A stretch of DNA of 64,000 nucleotides from Comamonadaceae bacterium (GCA_030602185.1 JAUWAE010000001.1:1184-65183), one strand, 5' to 3'. Shown: positions 30,806-41,322, counted from the stretch's first letter. Notes: a model not told the origin generated them from the letters alone. Numbers and translations are program-made.

Positions 30806-31621
30806 ATGCCCGAATTGCCCGAAGTGGAAGTGACCCGCCGCAGTTTTGCCGACGCCATTGCTGGTGCGGTGGTGGACGGTGTTTGGCTGGGCAAGCCGCT
30901 GCGCTGGCCGCTGGGTGTGGCGCCTGCCGCGTTGGTGGGGCGCCGGGTGCAGGGGGTGAGGCGCCGGGGCAAGTACCTGCTGCTGGACCTGGACGATGGG
31001 CTGCTCTTGCTGCACCTGGGCATGTCGGGCAGTCTGCAGTTTGCGCCTTCGCTGCCACCGGTGGGGCCGCACGACCATTTTGAGTTGCGCACCGACCGGG
31101 GGGTGTTGCGCCTGCACGATCCGCGCCGTTTTGGCGCCGCGGTGTATGCCGCCGGCGAGCAGGATGCGGTGGCGCGCAAGCTGCTCGGCGGCCTCGGGCC
31201 AGAGCCGTTGACCGAGGCCTTCGACCCGTTCGTGTTCCACGCCGGCCTGCGCCAGCGGCGCGCGGCGATCAAACAGGTGCTGCTGGCGGGTGACCTGGTG
31301 GTGGGCGTGGGCAATATCTATGCGTCGGAGTCGCTGTTTCTGGCCGGCATCCGGCCGACGGTGCGTGCCGACCGCATCAGCCGCCCGCGCGCCTTGCGCT
31401 TGCACGGCGCGATCCGCACGGTGCTGTCCAGGGCACTGGCGGTGGGGGGCAGCACGCTGAAGGACTTTTCCAACGCCCAGGGCCAGAGCGGTTACTTCCA
31501 GCTCGAAACCATGGTGTACGACCGCGCCGGCCAGCCGTGCCGTGTGTGTGGCGCCCCCATCAAGGCCTTGCGCCAGGGCCAGCGCTCGACGTTCTATTGC
31601 CCGGTCTGCCAGAAGCCCTGA
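30806..31621 (+). CDS. mutM: Formamidopyrimidine-DNA glycosylase
   Basis: [10 protein letters not shown]-terminus and C-terminal zinc finger [25 protein letters not shown]. Confidence 0.95.
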   Translation: MPELPEVEVTRRSFADAIAGAVVDGVWLGKPLRWPLGVAPAALVGRRVQGVRRRGKYLLLDLDDGLLLLHLGMSGSLQFAPSLPPVGPHDHFELRTDRGVLRLHDPRRFGAAVYAAGEQDAVARKLLGGLGPEPLTEAFDPFVFHAGLRQRRAAIKQVLLAGDLVVGVGNIYASESLFLAGIRPTVRADRISRPRALRLHGAIRTVLSRALAVGGSTLKDFSNAQGQSGYFQLETMVYDRAGQPCRVCGAPIKALRQGQRSTFYCPVCQKP

Positions 31622-31707
31622 AGGGTGGCCCCAAGGGCCGCCCAACAGTGATGACAATGCTATATTGCCTTCACCGCCCGGACACCGGGGTCCTACGACA
31701 CACAGCC

Positions 31708-33693
31708 ATGTCATTCAATCAGGAATTCGACGAGCACAGCGCCTGGCGGCAGGCCCAGGCGGCACGGCTTCAGGGTCTGGCCGAATGGCTGGAGGCGCGC
31801 GACCTGCTGGACCCGGGGGCCCGCGAGCGGCTGGAGCAGTTGCGCCACCAGTTGCGCAGCGACAAGGTGATGGTCGCGTTCGTGGCCGAGTTCTCGCGCG
31901 GCAAGTCGGAACTCATCAATGCGGTGTTCTTTGCCGGCTACGGCCGCCGCATCATGCCGGCGAGTGCCGGCCGCACGACCATGTGCCCGACCGAACTGGG
32001 CTACGACGCCGATGTGCCGCCCTGCCTGCGCCTGCTGCCGATTGAGACGCGCCTGCAGCCGCAGTCGCTGCTGGAGTGGCGTGGTGCGCCCGATCAGTGG
32101 GAGCGCATCGACCTGGACGTGAACGACCCCGGGCAGCTTGCGCGCGCGATCGAGAAGGTGGCCGAGGTGCGGCGGGTGACGCAGGACGAGGCCCGGGCGC
32201 TGGGCTTCTGGCACGACGAGGCACCCGAGGACAACCCGCTCGTGGGCCCGGACGGGCTCTACGAGGTGCCGCGCTGGCGCCATGCGCTCATCAACATGGC
32301 CCACCCGCTGCTCAAGCAGGGCCTGGTCATCCTCGACACACCGGGGCTCAACGCCATCGGTGCCGAACCCGAGCTCACCGTCAGCCTGCTGCCACAGGCG
32401 CACGCGGTGGTGTTCATCCTGGCGGCGGATGCCGGGGTCAGCAAGTCGGACCTGGCCATGTGGCGCGAGCACCTGGCGCCAGCCGCCGAACGGCGCGACT
32501 CCCGGCTGGTGGTGCTCAACAAGATCGATACGCTGTGGGACGAACTCAGCACGCCGGCTTACATCGAGGCTCAGATCCAGCGCCAGCGCGAAGCCTCGGC
32601 GCAGGTGCTGGGCCTGAGCCCGGCGCAGGTGATCGCGGTGTCGGCCCAGAAAGGCCTGCTGGCCAAGGTGCGCGATGACGGCCGCCTGCTCACCGAAAGC
32701 CGCCTGCCCGACCTGGAGCGGGCGCTGGCGCAAGACGTGCTGGCGCAGCGCCGCACCATCCTGGTCGAGAGCGTGCAGGCTGGGCTGGAGGCCCTGCACG
32801 CCCAGGTGGAGCAACACCTGCACGCGCGTGGCCGCGAACTCGATGAGCAGCTCCAGGAGCTGGAGGCGCTGCGTGGCAAGAACAGCACCGTCATTCGCCA
32901 GATGCGCCTGCGCATCGAACAGGAACAGGCCGAGTTCGACGCCAGCGGCGCCCGCATCCAGGCGGTGCGCTCGGTGCACCTGAAGTTGCTCAAGGAGGTG
33001 TTCGCCTTGCTGGGCAGCACCCGCCTGAAGGCCGAAATGGCGCAGTTCGCGGCGGCGCTCAAGCAGCCGGGCATCAAGTTGGGTATCCGGCGGGTGTACG
33101 CCGAGGCGTTCGACCGCCTGCGTGCCGGGCTGCAGCAGGCGCAGGCACAGCTGGGCGAGGTGCAGGACATGCTGGGCAGCACTTTTCGCGAGCTCAACAC
33201 CGAGTTCGGCTTCACCCTGCAACTGCCCGAGCGGCTCGACCTGCAACGGCACACCGAGGCACTGGACCTGATCGAGCGCAACCACCTGCAGTACCTGGGG
33301 CTGACCAACCTGTTCCGCTTGTCGCAGCCGGAGTTTGCCGAGCGGCTGGCCAAGGCCGTGTTGTCGCGCTTGAAGGCGGTTTACGAAGCGGCGGCAGACG
33401 AGGTGGAGCTGTGGAACAAGTCGGCCGCGGCCCAGCTCGACGGTCAGCTGCGCGAGCGGCGCAAGACCTTTGCCCGCCGCATTGAGGCGGTGCACCGCAT
33501 TCAGCAGGCTGCGGGCGGACTGGACGAGCGCATTGCCGAGCTGCGCCAGCAACTCGAGCAGCTGGCCCAGGACCGGGAGGCGCTGGAGCGGTTGTCTCGC
33601 GAAGGGGTGGCGGTTACCGAGCCTGCCGAGGCGCCAGCTGCCGCCGTAGACACTCGAGCAGACACGGAAATGGCGACCGATGGCGAACGCTGA
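31708..33693 (+). CDS. Dynamin-family large GTPase (bacterial dynamin-like protein)
   Basis: ATG 31708 within ORF 31537-33693. G1 is AEFSRGKSELINA, G3 is ILDTPGLNA, G4 is VLNKID. The C-terminal half is long, helical and coiled-coil-like. Confidence 0.8.
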   Translation: MSFNQEFDEHSAWRQAQAARLQGLAEWLEARDLLDPGARERLEQLRHQLRSDKVMVAFVAEFSRGKSELINAVFFAGYGRRIMPASAGRTTMCPTELGYDADVPPCLRLLPIETRLQPQSLLEWRGAPDQWERIDLDVNDPGQLARAIEKVAEVRRVTQDEARALGFWHDEAPEDNPLVGPDGLYEVPRWRHALINMAHPLLKQGLVILDTPGLNAIGAEPELTVSLLPQAHAVVFILAADAGVSKSDLAMWREHLAPAAERRDSRLVVLNKIDTLWDELSTPAYIEAQIQRQREASAQVLGLSPAQVIAVSAQKGLLAKVRDDGRLLTESRLPDLERALAQDVLAQRRTILVESVQAGLEALHAQVEQHLHARGRELDEQLQELEALRGKNSTVIRQMRLRIEQEQAEFDASGARIQAVRSVHLKLLKEVFALLGSTRLKAEMAQFAAALKQPGIKLGIRRVYAEAFDRLRAGLQQAQAQLGEVQDMLGSTFRELNTEFGFTLQLPERLDLQRHTEALDLIERNHLQYLGLTNLFRLSQPEFAERLAKAVLSRLKAVYEAAADEVELWNKSAAAQLDGQLRERRKTFARRIEAVHRIQQAAGGLDERIAELRQQLEQLAQDREALERLSREGVAVTEPAEAPAAAVDTRADTEMATDGER

Positions 33694-34777
33694 CCGGCCC
33701 CGCGCGGGGCCGGAGATTGGCCAGGCTGCGTTTTTTGAAGCGGTGGTGCGTTGGCAAACCACCCATGGCCGGCATGGCCTGCCTTGGCAGGGCACGCACA
33801 ATCCTTACCGGGTGTGGCTGTCGGAGATCATGCTCCAGCAGACCCAGGTGACCACGGTGCTGGACTACTACCCCCGTTTCCTCGCGCGCTTCCCCGACGT
33901 GCAGACCTTGGCCGCGGCCGAACTGGACGAGGTGTTGGCGTTGTGGAGCGGCCTGGGCTATTACAGCCGGGCGCGCAACCTGCACGCCTGCGCCCGCCAG
34001 GTCGTGAACGACTGGGGTGGGCGGTTTCCCTCGCGTGCGGCCGCCCTCCAGACGCTCCAGGGCATCGGCCGCTCCACCGCGGCCGCGATCGCGGCGTTCT
34101 GCTACGGCGAGCCGGTGACGATCCTGGACGGCAATGTCAAGCGTGTGTTGTCGCGCCTGCTGGCGTTCGAAGGTGATCTGGCGCAGGCCGCGCAGGAGCG
34201 CCGGTTGTGGGACCTGGCCCAGGCGCAGGTGCCCTCCCAGGCCGGTCACAGCGAGATGATTGCCTACACGCAGGGCTTGATGGACCTGGGCGCCACGGTC
34301 TGTCATCGGTCCCGGCCCGACTGCTTGCTGTGTCCTGCCGCCGACCTTTGCGAGGCCCGGTCATCGGCGCGGATGGCGGAGTTTCCGGTTCGCACGCGCC
34401 GGCTGGTGCGGCGTACCGAGGCGTGGTGGTGGCTGGTGTTGCGCCGTGCCGATGGGGCGTGCTGGGTGCAGCAGCGGCCGGCCCGCGGCATCTGGGCCGG
34501 GTTGTACGCCTTCCCGGTGTACCACACGGCCACCGAGGCCAAGGCTGCGCTGGAGGCGGCCACTGGTTACCCCGTGGCAGTGACCGAGCACCCGGTCGTG
34601 CGCCATGCCCTGACGCACCGCGACCTGTTGCTGCACCCGCTGGAGTGCGACTGGCCCGCTACCCACCAGCTGCCCGAGGCCTGGGGCCCGGGCCAATGGC
34701 TGGACGAATCCCGCGCCGACGCGCTGGGGTTGCCCACGCCGGTGCGTAGCTGGTTGAAAGGCCGTACCGGCGGCTGA
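33680..34777 (+). CDS. mutY: A/G-specific adenine DNA glycosylase
   Basis: HhH-GPD core (YRVWLSEIMLQQTQV, GLGYYSRARNL) and Fe-S loop CHRSRPDCLLCPAADLC. The start overlaps the dynamin-like gene by 14 nt. Confidence 0.95.
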   Translation: MANADRPRAGPEIGQAAFFEAVVRWQTTHGRHGLPWQGTHNPYRVWLSEIMLQQTQVTTVLDYYPRFLARFPDVQTLAAAELDEVLALWSGLGYYSRARNLHACARQVVNDWGGRFPSRAAALQTLQGIGRSTAAAIAAFCYGEPVTILDGNVKRVLSRLLAFEGDLAQAAQERRLWDLAQAQVPSQAGHSEMIAYTQGLMDLGATVCHRSRPDCLLCPAADLCEARSSARMAEFPVRTRRLVRRTEAWWWLVLRRADGACWVQQRPARGIWAGLYAFPVYHTATEAKAALEAATGYPVAVTEHPVVRHALTHRDLLLHPLECDWPATHQLPEAWGPGQWLDESRADALGLPTPVRSWLKGRTGG

Positions 34778-34785
34778 CGTGGCTG

Positions 34786-35670
34786 TCAGCCGTTGAAGCG
34801 CAGTGCGTCGAGCTCGCGGTGCCGGCGCTGAACCGGCCAGTCTTGCCCGAAGGTCGCGGCCAGCCGCTCCACCAGGTAGACCGAACGGTGCTGCCCCCCG
34901 GTGCAGCCGATGGCCACGGTGGCGTAGCTGCGGTGGTCGGCCACCATGCGGGGCAACCAGCGCTGCAGGAATTCGGTGATCTGCGCCTCCATGGCCTGCA
35001 CCTCGGCTTCGGCGGCGAGGAAGCGCGCGACGGGCGCGTCCTGGCCGGTCAGCAGGCGCAGATCGGGCTCGTAGTGCGGGTTGGGCAGCATGCGCACGTC
35101 GAACACGAAGTCGGCATCCATGGGGATGCCGCGTTTGAACGCGAACGATTCAAAGACCAGAGTCAGCGTGGCCGGTGCGCGGCTGAGCAGCTGTTTGATC
35201 TCGCTGCGCAGGTGCGACGCTTTGAGGTGGCTGGTGTCGAGCACCAGGGCTTGGTCGCGCAGTTCGCTCAGCAGCTCGCGCTCCTGCTCGATGGCATCGA
35301 CCAGGGCGCGCCGCTGGTCTTGCGAGTCCTTCAGCGACAGGGGATGCAGGCGCCGCGTTTCGGAGAAGCGGCGCACCAGGGTGTCGGTGGTGGTGTCCAG
35401 GAACACGGCAGTGAGCGGCTGGCCGCGCGACTGGATCTGGCGCAGCCGTTGTGGCAGGCCCGGCAGCGACTGGGCGCTGCGCACGTCCATGGCCACCGCC
35501 ACCCGCTCGGCCCGGTGCGCCTGCTCCACCTCGATGAAGGGCTCCAGCAGCTCGGGCGGCAGGTTGTCCACACAATAGAAACCGGCGTCCTCCAGCGCGT
35601 GCAGCGCCACCGATTTGCCCGAGCCGGACATCCCGGTGATCAGCACCAGTTGCATGGCGGGGGTGCTCAT
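34786..35670 (-). CDS. rapZ: RNase adapter protein RapZ
   Basis: Walker [15 protein letters not shown]. The ATG at 35670 overlaps the recN stop (ATGA); the alternative start is 35655. Confidence 0.9.
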   Translation of the reverse strand: MSTPAMQLVLITGMSGSGKSVALHALEDAGFYCVDNLPPELLEPFIEVEQAHRAERVAVAMDVRSAQSLPGLPQRLRQIQSRGQPLTAVFLDTTTDTLVRRFSETRRLHPLSLKDSQDQRRALVDAIEQERELLSELRDQALVLDTSHLKASHLRSEIKQLLSRAPATLTLVFESFAFKRGIPMDADFVFDVRMLPNPHYEPDLRLLTGQDAPVARFLAAEAEVQAMEAQITEFLQRWLPRMVADHRSYATVAIGCTGGQHRSVYLVERLAATFGQDWPVQRRHRELDALRFNG

Positions 35671-37316
35671 GTCTGCATCATCTCGCGGGCGTGGGCCAGC
35701 GACGCGTCGGACAGGGCGTCGCCGCCGAGCATGCGGGCGAGTTCGCGCACCCGGTCCTCATGGGCGACGGGCTGCACGTCGCTCACGGTGCCGTGGGTGT
35801 CCATGGTCTTGCTGACGAGCAAATGGTGGTCGGCACAGGCAGCCACCTGGGGCAGGTGGGTCACGGCCAGCACCTGGCGGTCTTGGCCGAGGCGGTGCAT
35901 GAGCCGCCCGACCGTGTGGGCCACCGCCCCGCCGATGCCGCTGTCCACTTCGTCGAAGATGAGGGTGGGGGCGCGGCCGAGCTGGCTGGTGGTGACCGAG
36001 ATGGCCAGGGCGATGCGCGACAGCTCGCCGCCGGAGGCGACTTTACCCACCGGTCGCGGGCTGCTGCCGGGGTGGCCCGCTACCAGGAACTCGATGTTTT
36101 CCAGGCCGTGGGCCTGGGGCTCGTCGAGGGGCTGCAGGCGCACCTCGAAACGGCCTCCGGCCATGCCCAGGCCTTGCATGGCCTCGGTGATGGCGTCGGA
36201 CAAGCGGCGGGCCGCTTCCTGGCGCTGGCGCGTGAGGACGGCAGCGGCCTGCAGCAGCTGCTGGCAGGCGGCGCGCTCGGCCTGTTGCAGGGCCTCCAGG
36301 TCGGTGTGGCGGTCCAGCTCGGCCAGCGATTGTTTCCACTGTTGCAGCCGCTGGGGCAGCTCGTCGGGCGTGCAGCGGTGGCGGCGCGCCAGCGACACCC
36401 ACAACCCCAGGCGCTGGTCCAGGGCCTCCAGCGCGTCCGGGTCCACCTCGGTGTGGTGGGCGTGGTGTTGCAGGTCGTGGCAGGCGTCCTCGATCTGTGC
36501 GAGCGCGGTTTCCAGCGTGCTGGCCAGCTCGGCGTAGCGCGGCTCGATGTGCTGTTGCTCCTGCAGGGCCTGCACCGCCCGGTGCACCAGCGCGGCGGCG
36601 CTCGGCTCGCCGTCGTCCAGGGCGTGCAGGGCGGCTTGGGCGGCGTCAATCAGACCCTGGGCGTGGGCCAGGCGCCCATGCTGGAGGTTCAGCTCTTCCC
36701 ACTCGCCCGCCTGCGGGGCCAGTTTGTCGAGTTCGGCGATCTGCCACTGCAGGCGCTCGCGTTCCTGCTGCAGGGTCGCCTGCTGAGCCCGGGCCTGCTC
36801 CAGGGTGCGTTGTGCCTGCCGCCAGGCGGCCCAGTGTGTCCGCACGGCCGAGCTGTCGAGCCGGGCGTAGCCGTCGAGCAGGGCGCGTACCGAGTCCGTG
36901 CGGGTGAGGCTTTGCCAGGCGTGCTGGCCATGGATGTCCACCAGGGCGTCGGCCACCGCCTTGAGCTGCCCGGCCGTGGCGGCACCGCCGTTGATCCAGG
37001 CCCGGCTGCGGCCCTGGGTGTCGATGCTGCGGCGCAGCAGCAGCGGCTCGCCCGCTTCGTGTGCAAACCCGTTGTCCTGCAGCCAGGCGGTCACCTCCTC
37101 GTTCGGCTCGAATTCGGCCGCAATCTCACACCGGCTGGCGCCCTCGCGCACCACACCAGCGTCGGCCCGGGCCCCCAGCACCAGCTGCAGCGCGTCGATC
37201 AGGATCGACTTGCCGGCACCGGTTTCGCCCGTCAGTACGGTGAATCCGCGCTGCAGGTCCAGGTCCAGCGAACGCACGATGACGAAGTCGCGCAACACCA
37301 TGCGCAGCCAGCTCAT
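35667..37316 (-). CDS. recN: DNA repair protein RecN
   Basis: ORF 35667-38003 trimmed to ATG 37316 ([21 protein letters not shown]...[10 protein letters not shown]). It has an SMC-like coiled coil and an ATGA overlap with the nadK stop. Confidence 0.95.
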   Translation of the reverse strand: MSWLRMVLRDFVIVRSLDLDLQRGFTVLTGETGAGKSILIDALQLVLGARADAGVVREGASRCEIAAEFEPNEEVTAWLQDNGFAHEAGEPLLLRRSIDTQGRSRAWINGGAATAGQLKAVADALVDIHGQHAWQSLTRTDSVRALLDGYARLDSSAVRTHWAAWRQAQRTLEQARAQQATLQQERERLQWQIAELDKLAPQAGEWEELNLQHGRLAHAQGLIDAAQAALHALDDGEPSAAALVHRAVQALQEQQHIEPRYAELASTLETALAQIEDACHDLQHHAHHTEVDPDALEALDQRLGLWVSLARRHRCTPDELPQRLQQWKQSLAELDRHTDLEALQQAERAACQQLLQAAAVLTRQRQEAARRLSDAITEAMQGLGMAGGRFEVRLQPLDEPQAHGLENIEFLVAGHPGSSPRPVGKVASGGELSRIALAISVTTSQLGRAPTLIFDEVDSGIGGAVAHTVGRLMHRLGQDRQVLAVTHLPQVAACADHHLLVSKTMDTHGTVSDVQPVAHEDRVRELARMLGGDALSDASLAHAREMMQT

Positions 37317-38233
37317 GTCACCACCCCCTCGTTCCAGTGCAGTTTCTTGCGCAGTGTGTCGAAATAACTCCAGCCCACCGGGTGCAACAGGCACAACTCG
37401 TGCACCGAGCGGCGCACGGTGATGCGGTCGCCGTGCAGCAGGCTGGTGAAGGTCTGCATGTCGAAGTGGGCGCTGGCGTCGCGCCCGGCCACCACTTCCA
37501 CAGCGATCTCTCCGGTGGCCGGCAGCACGATGGGCCGGTTGGACAGCGTGTGCGGTGCGATCGGGGCCATCACCCAGCCGTCGATGGCGGGGTGCAGCAG
37601 CGGCCCGCCGGCCGACAGGGCATAGGCCGTGGAGCCGGTGGGCGACGCGATGATGAGACCGTCGGCCCGCTGGTTGGCCACGAAATGGCCGTCCACTTCC
37701 ACCCGCAGCTCCACCATGCTGGGCGAGCCGCCGCGGTTGACCACCACGTCGTTCATGGCAATGGTCTCGAACACGTAGCGGCCGTCGCGCACCACGCCGG
37801 CCTGCATGAGGGTGCGGCGGTCTTCCTCGTATTCGCCGCGCAGGATGGGTTGCAGGTGCGTGTCGAAGTCTTGGAACGGAATGTCGGTGATGAAGCCCAG
37901 CCGCCCCTGGTTGATACCCACCAGCGGTACGCGGTAGCGCGCCAGCTGCCGTGCGATGCCCAGCATGGTGCCATCGCCACCCATCACCAGGGCGAGGTCG
38001 CATTCGCGGCCTATGCCTTCGACGTCGAGCACGTGGTAGTGGGTGAGGCCCGTGTTGTGGGCGGTGTCGTGTTCGATCGCCACCTCGCAGCCCTGGTCGT
38101 GCAGGAAGTGGGCGATGCGCTCGAGCGCGTCGCGCGAGCCGACGGCGTGGTATTTGCCGACGATGGCCACATGCCGAAAGCGGCTGCCCGTTCGGGGCGA
38201 TGTCTCCAGGTGCGGCGCAGGGGGCAAATTCAT
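37313..38233 (-). CDS. nadK: NAD kinase
   Basis: ATG 38233. It has the GGDGTMLG motif. Confidence 0.9.
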   Translation of the reverse strand: MNLPPAPHLETSPRTGSRFRHVAIVGKYHAVGSRDALERIAHFLHDQGCEVAIEHDTAHNTGLTHYHVLDVEGIGRECDLALVMGGDGTMLGIARQLARYRVPLVGINQGRLGFITDIPFQDFDTHLQPILRGEYEEDRRTLMQAGVVRDGRYVFETIAMNDVVVNRGGSPSMVELRVEVDGHFVANQRADGLIIASPTGSTAYALSAGGPLLHPAIDGWVMAPIAPHTLSNRPIVLPATGEIAVEVVAGRDASAHFDMQTFTSLLHGDRITVRRSVHELCLLHPVGWSYFDTLRKKLHWNEGVVT

Positions 38234-38269
38234 GCTCAAATTACAGCACAAGCTTTTTACAATGTCCCA

Positions 38270-39292
38270 ATGTTAGACGACCGCTCCAAGCTGCTGCTGA
38301 AGACTTTGGTCGAACGCTACATCGCCGACGGCCAGCCGGTGGGTTCGCGCACCCTGTCGCGGGCCACCGGCCTGGAGCTGTCGCCAGCCACCATCCGCAA
38401 CGTGATGAGCGACCTGGAGGAGCTGGGTCTGATCGTCAGCCCCCACACCTCGGCCGGCCGGGTGCCCACCGCCAAAGGCTACCGCCTGTTCGTGGACACG
38501 ATGCTCACTGTGCGGCGCGACGACGTGCCACGGCTGGACCAGTTGCAGGCCGCTGGCAGCCTGGTGGCGGACCGGCCCCGTCAGGTCATCAGTCAGGCCG
38601 CGCACATGCTGTCCAGCCTGTCGCAGTTTGTGGGCGTGGTCATGGCGCCCAAGCGGCCGTCGGTGTTCCGCCACATCGAATTCCTCAGCCTGTCCGACCG
38701 GCGGGTGCTGGTGATCCTGGTCTCGCCCGACGGGGAGGTGCAGAACCGCATCATCCACACCCAGACGGAGTACACCCAGTCGCAGCTGCAGGAAGCGGCC
38801 AATTTCCTCAACTCGCACTATGCAGGGCTGACCATCGACGCGGTGCGCGAACGCCTGCGCACCGAGGTGGACGCACTGCGCAGCGAAATCGCTGGCTTGA
38901 TGGTGAAGGCGGTGGAGGCTGGCTCCGATGCCATGCAGGAGCAGGACGACGTGGTGGTGTCGGGCGAGCGCAACCTGCTGTCGGTCAGCGAGTTCACCCA
39001 TGACATGGGACACCTGCGCAAAATGTTTGACCTGTTCGAGCAAAAGACCCAGCTCATGCGGCTGCTGGAGGTGTCCAACCAGGCCGAAGGCGTGCGCATC
39101 TTCATTGGCGGTGAAAGCCAGGTGGTGCCGTTCGAAGAGCTGTCGGTGGTGAGTGCCCCGTACGAGGTCGATGGCACGGTGGTGGGGACGCTGGGGGTGA
39201 TTGGCCCGCAGCGCATGCCGTACGACCGCATGATCCAGATCGTGGACATCACGGCCAAGCTCGTGAGCAATGCACTGAGCCAGACCAAGTAG
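38270..39292 (+). CDS. hrcA: Heat-inducible transcription repressor HrcA
   Basis: ATG 38270 within ORF 37337-39292. Sequence reads [53 protein letters not shown]. Confidence 0.95.
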   Translation: MLDDRSKLLLKTLVERYIADGQPVGSRTLSRATGLELSPATIRNVMSDLEELGLIVSPHTSAGRVPTAKGYRLFVDTMLTVRRDDVPRLDQLQAAGSLVADRPRQVISQAAHMLSSLSQFVGVVMAPKRPSVFRHIEFLSLSDRRVLVILVSPDGEVQNRIIHTQTEYTQSQLQEAANFLNSHYAGLTIDAVRERLRTEVDALRSEIAGLMVKAVEAGSDAMQEQDDVVVSGERNLLSVSEFTHDMGHLRKMFDLFEQKTQLMRLLEVSNQAEGVRIFIGGESQVVPFEELSVVSAPYEVDGTVVGTLGVIGPQRMPYDRMIQIVDITAKLVSNALSQTK

Positions 39293-39304
39293 CCGCCGCT
39301 GCCC

Positions 39305-41212
39305 ATGGCTCAGCCCGCGTCTCAGCCGCCCGACGAAGACGAACGACTGGCCCTGTTGCATGGGCTGCAGTTGCTCGACTCCCTGCCCGAACCCGCGTTT
39401 GACCGGATCACGCGCTTGGCCACGCGGCTGTTGGGCGTGCCAATGGCGCTGGTCAGTCTGGTCGATCGGGACCGTCAATGGTTCAAGTCGCGGGTGGGCT
39501 TGGCGGCCACCGAAACGCCGCGTGAGCAGGCGTTTTGCGCCCACGCCATCTTGCAGACCGGGCCCTTCGTGGTGACCGACGCCCTGGAAGACGCCCGTTT
39601 TGCCGATAACCCGCTGGTGACTGGGGCGCTGGGCTTGCGCTTTTATGCCGGCGTGCCGATCCGCACGGCCGGTGGGCTGGCGCTGGGGACCTTGTGTGCG
39701 CTTGACCAGCGCCCGCGTACCCTGTCAGCCGACGACCTGCAGACCCTGCAGGACCTGGCCGACATGGTCAGCCAGGAGGTGCAGCTGCGCGAGTCCCTGC
39801 TGGCCACGCAGCACCGGCTGGACGCGAGCGAGCGGCGTTTCCGGGCTGTTTTCGAGCTGGCGCCGGTGGGGGTGGCGCTGGTGGCGCCCGATGGTGGCTG
39901 GATCGGCACCAACGCCGCGCTCAGTGCCCTGCTGGGATACGACCGCGATGCCCTGCGCCGAGAAACCCTGACCGGTCTCACTTGGGTGGACGACCGCGCC
40001 GCCGAGGCCACGCTGCTGGAGGCGCTGCGCCAGCGCCAGGCAGAGCGTTACACCCTGGAAAAACGGTACGTCCACGCCAACGGTGAGCCGGTCTGGGTGC
40101 GGCAGAGCGTCTCGCTCAAGTTCAATGCGGCGGGGCAGCCCGAGTACTTCGTGGCCGTGTTGGAGGACATCGGCGCGCGCAAGGCGGCCGAGGCGCGGCT
40201 CGACGCGGCGATGCGCGAACTGGAGCAGCGGGTGGCCCAGCGCACCGACGAGCTGGTGCAGGCCAACGCCCGCCTGCAGGCCGCGCTGGAGCAGCAGGCC
40301 GCTTCGGCCCGTGCGCTGCGTCAGCGCGAGGCCGAACTGACGGCGGTGCTGGAACACGCCAACGACGCCTACATCTGCATGGACGAGTCCAGCATCATCA
40401 CCGTCTGGAACCTGCAGGCGGCCGAGGTGTTTGGCTGGACGGCGGCCGAGGCCATCGGGCGGCCCATGTACGAGCTCATCGTGCCGCCCGACATGCGGCA
40501 GGCGCACCGTGACGGCGTGCACCGCTACGTCGTCACGCGCCATTCGACGATGATGGACCGGCGGCTGGAACTGCCCGCGGTGCGCAAGGACGGTACGGTC
40601 ATCCTGCTGGAGCTTCGCATCCGTGCGCTCAACGTCGATGGGCGGCACCTGTTCAGCGCCTTCATGCACGACATTTCGGAGCGCAAGCGCGAAGAGAACC
40701 GGCGGCTGCAGGAAGCGCGGGTCGACCCGCTGACCGGCCTGTACAACCGGCGCGCCCTGGAAGAGATGCTGCCGCAGGCCATGGCCCGCGCCGACCGAGA
40801 CGACAAGCCGCTGGCGCTGCTGTTCATCGACCTGGACGGCTTCAAGGCCGTGAACGACAACCTGGGGCACGACGCTGGCGATGCCGTGCTGCGCGATGTG
40901 GCCGCCCGCTTGCGGGCCCATGTGCGCCAGACCGACACGCTGGTGCGGCTGGCCGGAGACGAGTTCACCGTGGTGCTGGAGCGCCTGCAGGGAGGCCTGC
41001 CCGCGGCGCGCCAGGTGGCGCAGAAACTGGTTGACCGACTGGCTCAACCATTTGAGCTGGACCTGGGCGTGGCCCGGATCGGCGCGAGCATCGGCGTGGC
41101 CATCTACCTGCCTGGCAGCGGGGAGTCGGCGGCCAGGCTCATCAAAACCGCGGACGGCTGGATGTACCAAGCCAAACGGGCCGGAAAAGGCTGTGTCTTG
41201 CCGTTAGAATAG
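39305..41212 (+). CDS. GAF-PAS-PAS-GGDEF diguanylate cyclase
   Basis: N-terminal GAF (ALVSLVDRDRQWFKSRVG...), two PAS domains, and a GGDEF domain with an AGDEF variant site (RLAGDEFTVV) and an RQTD I-site. It lies 12 nt after hrcA. Confidence 0.85.
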   Translation: MAQPASQPPDEDERLALLHGLQLLDSLPEPAFDRITRLATRLLGVPMALVSLVDRDRQWFKSRVGLAATETPREQAFCAHAILQTGPFVVTDALEDARFADNPLVTGALGLRFYAGVPIRTAGGLALGTLCALDQRPRTLSADDLQTLQDLADMVSQEVQLRESLLATQHRLDASERRFRAVFELAPVGVALVAPDGGWIGTNAALSALLGYDRDALRRETLTGLTWVDDRAAEATLLEALRQRQAERYTLEKRYVHANGEPVWVRQSVSLKFNAAGQPEYFVAVLEDIGARKAAEARLDAAMRELEQRVAQRTDELVQANARLQAALEQQAASARALRQREAELTAVLEHANDAYICMDESSIITVWNLQAAEVFGWTAAEAIGRPMYELIVPPDMRQAHRDGVHRYVVTRHSTMMDRRLELPAVRKDGTVILLELRIRALNVDGRHLFSAFMHDISERKREENRRLQEARVDPLTGLYNRRALEEMLPQAMARADRDDKPLALLFIDLDGFKAVNDNLGHDAGDAVLRDVAARLRAHVRQTDTLVRLAGDEFTVVLERLQGGLPAARQVAQKLVDRLAQPFELDLGVARIGASIGVAIYLPGSGESAARLIKTADGWMYQAKRAGKGCVLPLE

Positions 41213-41245
41213 CGTTTTGGCTCTGCTAAACTGCTCGACTTGGTC

Positions 41246-41322
41246 GGGCCGTTAGCTCAGTTGGTCAGAGCAGAGGACTCATAATCCTTTGGTCGTTGGT
41301 TCAAGTCCAACACGGCCTACCA
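41246..41322 (+). tRNA. tRNA with anticodon CAT (elongator Met or lysidine-modified Ile2)
   Basis: GGGCCGTTAGCTCAGTTGGTCAGAGCAGAGGACTCATAATCCTTTGGTCGTTGGTTCAAGTCCAACACGGCCTACCA. The arm sequences resemble the ileX type, but I cannot decide the identity by eye. Confidence 0.9.

Noticed and set aside
31711-33801. A 696-aa minus-strand ORF opposite the dynamin-like gene.
   Set aside because: It has no recognisable motifs and a low-complexity Q/L/R/A-rich translation. The plus-strand frame carries a complete GTPase motif set (G1/G3/G4), so the antisense frame is an artefact of the GC3-rich codons.
38234-38269. A CIRCE operator (TTAGCACTC-N9-GAGTGCTAA) at the hrcA promoter.
   Set aside because: Only a one-sided resemblance (ttacagcac) is present, with no inverted partner. 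No CIRCE-like element was seen elsewhere in the window either.
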